Source: Zootoca vivipara
Taxonomy: Eukaryota
Reading direction: 5' to 3'
Length of the DNA stretch: 64,000 bases
Assembly: GCF_963506605.1 (NCBI RefSeq)
Contig: NC_083277.1
Location: 93,434,001 to 93,498,000 of the forward strand
The notes under the pieces are model-generated. The model saw only the letters and a program-made list of their open reading frames with translations. It ran no database searches and had not been told where the DNA came from. The position numbers and the translations under genes are program-made. Position 1 is the stretch's first letter. Each line of letters starts with the position of its first letter. Shown piece by piece: positions 59,143 through 64,000 of the stretch.

Positions 59143-59419
59143 ACCAGATTAGGCTGAAAGACAGTGAGTGGCCCAAAATCGACCATATCCAACCAATAAA
59201 TTGCTTCGTTCTATAGGAAAACCAGTACTGTACTCCCAATTTTGTTTTGAGCCACACCCTCATGGCAGCCATTTTGTGTCAAGCCGCACGCCTTTTGGCA
59301 GCCATTTTGTGACCAGTGCGCATGACATTCTCTCAACATTCCAAATATGCCACCTGGCCGAATAAAAGTTGGGTGACCTCTGTGCTGAAGGCAGTAATAA
59401 TAAAGTTGCTACCATATAA

Positions 59420-59434
59420 CCAGCAGGGGGCGCT
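59420..59434 (+). promoter_or_regulatory. Candidate CTCF-binding site
   Basis: ccagcagggggcgct matches the CTCF core consensus CCASYAGRKGGCRS. Confidence 0.55.
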
Positions 59435-60304
59435 TGTTCTGCTAAGAGTTTGGTGGCAAAGGACGTTTGTCAAGTACAATTTTGCCTACTGGAAGTGTTA
59501 AGAGCCATCTGCTTCCCTCTCCCACACATCACATTATAAAAAAGTATTTATTTAAAACATGCTATAACTGTTCTATTTGTAAAAATTCTAAGTGGCTTAC
59601 AAAGGGAAACAAATACACCCCCAAATGAATTCAAAAATACATTTGTAAGAAGAAAAAGAACAAGAAGAAAACAGTGTGAAAAAGCCACCAAAGGTTTACC
59701 TAAATAAAAATAACATATATAGAAGCCAATTGCCTCAATCCATGGTAATGTGGACAGTGAAGCAGACAGAAGCTTGATAAAAGACTGCAGTCCTGTGCAC
59801 TCTTTACCATTTGCAAAACAAGCTACATGAAATGCAGTAGGATTTACTTCTAAGTAGACATGGCTAGGTGGGAATTGTGTGCCCAACTTCAGGTTTTCAA
59901 AGTGTTTCATGTTCATCATCTCAATAATCTTTAAAACAGCCTCGCATGGTAGGTCAGTAGAATACCCTCACCCTGAAAGCCATAGTTTACCTAAGCTCCT
60001 GAAATCTGAATTTGTAGTAGAGGTTGATCACAGATTTGAACAGCTCAATTCAAGCCCAAACTGGGTTTTTTTGGGGGAAATGCCTCAAAATGCAGTATTG
60101 CATAAGAAACAGGATAGATATGGATTGTGGCTAAAATCATGTGTAAACCACTTCCCAAACTAGCAGTGAGAGTGCACCGGATGCAGAATTGAGTGTGTAC
60201 ACAACCGAAGTCCCACTGAATTAAGTGCTGGCTTCTGAATTGACAAGTATTGCAGTTAATTTGTGTGATATTATATTGGTTGTGGCTTTCATGTTGTTCT
60301 TAGT

Positions 60305-60440
60305 CAGGCATCCCCAAACTGCGGCCCTCCAGATGTTTTGGCCTACAACTCCTATGATCCCTAGCTAACAGGACCAGTGATCAGGGAAGATGGGAATTGT
60401 AGTCCAAAACATCTGGAGGGCCAAAGTTTGGGGATGCCTG
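60305..60440. mobile_element. Short palindromic hAT-type MITE
   Basis: 8-bp TSD ttcttagt at 60297-60304 and 60441-60448. Confidence 0.87.
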
Positions 60441-60899
60441 TTCTTAGTTTTGCTCATACAGGGATTACTGTATTTCCGTTTGTTGGTGTTTTGGTGTTTT
60501 TAAAATTATTCCAGTCACTTCGATTTCCTTTCTGGGCCAGCTGTTGCCTCAGCAATCCGGTTTATGCCTCTCCTTGAAATACGCGGACTTAAAATTTGCA
60601 TTTTATTCTTTTTTAAGGGTAGAAATCAGGCTTTTGTTGCTGCTCGCTCTTCTATAGACGACACAGAGCCATAATTAAGTCTAGCCTCATGTCATAGACT
60701 ACTCCTCCCAACCCCAAAAATCTATATATAAGGAAAACAAGCCCGTCTCTCTATCCTTCCCGGGCAACCCTACTCTAGCAGCTGCCTCCTACCAGCTTAT
60801 TAAAAAGTTAGAAAAAATAACTTTTTACTCTCATGGGCATCTCTGCCAGTTTCACCCCCCTTTCCATATGCACAAATAGTAAGTCAATGATCAAAAGTC

Positions 60900-61760
60900 A
60901 ACAAGGCACCCGAGGTTAATATGCTTAATACGTTTCCCGGGCCTCGGATGAACTTCCTTCCTCTCCCGATTCAAACCAGAGTCACACCCGTTCCCTGACC
61001 CTTGCTCCGCTCCGGCTGGCGCTTCTTGCACCGCTACCCGAAGATCCGGAGAAACTCGGCCGTCCCTCCCACCCCCCAAGCCCGGCTACCGACAGAGCCA
61101 GGCTCCTCCTCCCTGGGCAAGCGGCGCTGCTGTCTCTGCCCGCCAAACCCGATCCGGGGGATCCCTTTCAGCGCCGCCCTTCGTTGCCCAGCAGCGGGGC
61201 CATGATCTCCGCCCCGGTCGCGCTCTTGCACCGCGCTGGGGGCCGCCTGCTGCTCCGCCGGGCTGGGCTCAGCCGAACCTCCTGGGCTCGCAGGTACCGG
61301 ACCGTGCAGGCGAGAGGCGCCGCTTTCCCACCCTCTCGGCCCCGGGGGACTTCTAGATCCGGACTGGCGACGTGCGGGTGTTTGTTTACATGCAGATAAC
61401 AACAAGCCAGCTGGGTTGCTGGCGTCTCCGGGTCTGTTTTGGCTCCCTCCCTGCCTTGTCAGCCCCTGGGTGGCTCCGCAGGGGAGCTTCGGCCCCCCAA
61501 ATAGCCTTTGCATGGGGGGCGGGGCGGAACTGAACAGGCTTGGCTGCTGCGGGTTACACTGCACGTTGGCGTTGCTTGGCCCAATGCATTTATTCCTGCG
61601 CTTTATAAAGTACTAGCCCAGGGGGAAGCGGTGGGTGGCGATGTGGTTTCGCTTTGGGGCGCCACCCCTTCCCCTACAGAAGAGCATGGCATGTGCAGAG
61701 CCCTCTTCTCCGCCCCCTCGTCCCGCCCCCCCTGCAGACATAGACGGAGAGCTTTGCTCA
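60900..61760 (+). promoter_or_regulatory. SPATA20: CpG island / probable SPATA20 promoter
   Basis: CpG-rich block with GC boxes around the candidate first exon. Confidence 0.65.
61202..61293 (+). CDS. SPATA20: Probable SPATA20 first coding exon (transit-peptide-like N-terminus)
   Basis: gggccATG in a CpG island; MISAPVALLHRAGGRLLLRRAGLSRTSWAR is Arg/Leu/Ala-rich with no acidic residues; donor cag|gtaccg, phase 2; SPATA20 follows EPN3 in amniote synteny; remaining exons lie outside the window. Confidence 0.65.
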
Positions 61761-62411
61761 CTCCCACCCAGTCTCTCAGACCCCCTTTTGCCCCCATGTA
61801 CTGATCCAGTAAGTAGAACAGGGGCGGGAGCCGGTGGCCCTCTAGAAGTGTTGTTTGGACTACAGCTCCCATCACCCCATCCTCACACCATTGCCATGGG
61901 GCTGATGGGAGTTGGAGTCAGGCAGCGTCCGGAAGGCACCAGGTTCCCCAGTCCTGCAAATAGAGGAGGTTTGAGCAAAACGGCGCTTTTGAATTTCTGC
62001 CCGACCCTTCAGTATTTTTTCTGAGGGGCTCCATGGCTGGTTTCCTGTCTGGTTCTGCTTTTTGTTGCAGTTTTCGTTTGCTCTGCCGTGCTTACTGCAG
62101 ATTTATCCGCGGGTCTAACTATTAGAGCGCAGAGAACATTTCAGTTTCTCTTTCCGCCGTCGCGCTTCATTGCATTGTTGTTGTGTTTACAGTTCCTGCT
62201 GCTCCCAGATCTGTAGCCACCTACTGGTACCTATCGCTTGCTGTACTGTACTGTAATATGACACTTGGATCTTGTGCTATACATCCACTGCACTCCATCA
62301 TATTACACATTCGCACATGCTCTGAAGGAATATATTTATAGAGACTGTTGCTCTCTCTAAGTGGCCAGCTTAATCACTTGGAGAGAGAGTGGAGTACTGC
62401 AGAGGTTTCAC

Positions 62412-62547
62412 CAGGCATCCCCAAACTCTGCCCTCCAGATGTTTTGGGACTACAACTCCCATCACCCCTAGCTAACAGGACCAGTGGTCAGGGATGATGG
62501 GAATTGTAGTTCCAAAACATCTGGAGGGCTGAGTTTGGGGATGCCTG
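62412..62547. mobile_element. Short palindromic hAT-type MITE
   Basis: 8-bp TSD ggtttcac at 62404-62411 and 62548-62555. Confidence 0.87.
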
Positions 62548-63220
62548 GGTTTCACCCTATGATGGCTAGTTTCCACAGCTTTTAATACCTTCAGCTCAAT
62601 TTTTTCATTATGTGGCACAGTCTTAATTGGAGATTTTTTCTGGACTGCAAAGCTGACTTCGAACGTTTTCAGGATTCCAAGATCCTTGTATCATCTTTCA
62701 CCCCCCACACCCACTTAAAGCGTCTTGACCTCAGAATTGCAAGGCCTTTTTTGGTTATGTAACTCAAAGATCATGGTCTCTGCCCTCCATGGGGCCTTTA
62801 GGATCAAGCAGCCTTTCTCAACCTTGGGTCCCCAGATGTTTTTGGCCTACTCCCATCGTCTCTGACCACTGATCCTGTGAGCTAGGGATCATGGGAGTTG
62901 TAGGCCAAAAACATCTGGGGACCCAAGGTTGAGAAACAGATTCTAGGCAAATGGACGTAGCTGTGCAGGAACATGCAGTTTCATCCCCCAATTTTAATCT
63001 GATGTTTTGCCTAAAACAAAGTCCTGTTTATAGCCACTAGTCACTTGCTTTTCCTGACTTTGGCAACATTTCCCAAGATTCACCCGTTCTTCTCTCTGTA
63101 GTAAAATTTAAGCTGGTTCCTATGAACCCAGAGAAATGGATCCTGCCCAGGGAGAGCCCAAGGATCCAGGCAAACAGACGAATTTAAGCGTCTCCTGCCT
63201 ACCAAATAACAAAGACCAAA

Positions 63221-64000
63221 GGGCCATTCCATTGTCACGGGTGGGACACTTGGACCATGTTTTTTGGTATTCACACATGTGTAAGAATGTAAATATACAT
63301 AAAAATTAACAACCAAAATTTGAACTATGTTCTTAATAAGATACTGAACATTTTACTAATTTTTTATTATTTTTATGGATATTTTTGACAATTTTATTAA
63401 ATGTTAAAGTATTGTCACGGGTGGGACAAAAAAAGGACACGGAGCTTGAGATAAGTTTGATTTATGGAAAAACTCTGTGAGTTGGGAGGTGAATCAATTA
63501 TAAACTCAGCATATCTGTTTAAATCAATGTTTATTGGTTACAACTATGCAATCAGAAATTTAGGTTAAGAAATTTAATGATACAAAATTAAGGAAAAAAT
63601 GCTGTCACGGGTGGGACAATGAAATGTCACGGGTGGGACGCGTCTGGCATACACTTGATTTAACATACAATTAAGGTTGTTAAAAATGGAATAATTACAA
63701 AAAAACCTTTTGCTATTACTATACTTACTATCTACTATAGCCTACAAAGTATAATGTTGTATTTACTAAAATTAAAATCTATTTAAAAAATATTTTCTTC
63801 TAGTCCATCTCTGGGCCAATTAACCACTTTCAAACACATCTACATTTTCAGTAAATTCATAAAAAATGTTCCTTCTGACTCGTTTAACATTAGGTTGGGG
63901 TAAGATACTAAGAATATGTTCAAACTGCACATATGATATGTCTTTTTCATCAACTTGAAACAGCTTTCCAGAATTGTTAACTGCTCGCATACACATCACC
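63221..64000. repeat. AT-rich element with four copies of tgtcacgggtgggac(a); possible DNA-transposon end, unclassified
   Basis: Motif at 63233, 63413, 63603 and 63625; abrupt shift to AT-rich sequence running to the window edge. Confidence 0.5.

Noticed and set aside
63233-63640. Repeat-spacer pattern reminiscent of a CRISPR array
   Set aside because: Eukaryotic intronic context, repeats of only 15-16 nt, irregular spacing and no cas genes

Overview
Vertebrate nuclear DNA from a squamate reptile. The Sauria SINEs, L2/CR1 LINE ends and lacertid-style MITEs suggest a lacertid lizard such as Podarcis (inference). Three + strand genes lie in the conserved amniote order: the last 12 coding exons of MYCBPAP (108-15542), the complete EPN3/epsin-3 gene (CpG-island 5' end about 17.4-19.45 kb; 9 coding exons 28033-47675, 645 aa) and the probable first exon of SPATA20 (61202-61293). 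Exon phases were checked by hand and are consistent. Between EPN3 and SPATA20 is a full-length, apparently very young Ty3/Gypsy (Mag-like) LTR retrotransposon (54182-59142). It has two 376-bp LTRs that look identical, a tRNA-Ser PBS, a PPT and an uninterrupted 1356-aa gag-pol ORF whose RT active site reads FFDD. The introns are dense with SINEs, LINE 3' ends and hAT or Tc1/mariner MITEs, several forming long hairpins. I found no convincing wholly new biological system. The best leads are the potentially active retrotransposon and its regulatory context, several splice-site oddities, and an unclassified repeat at the right edge.
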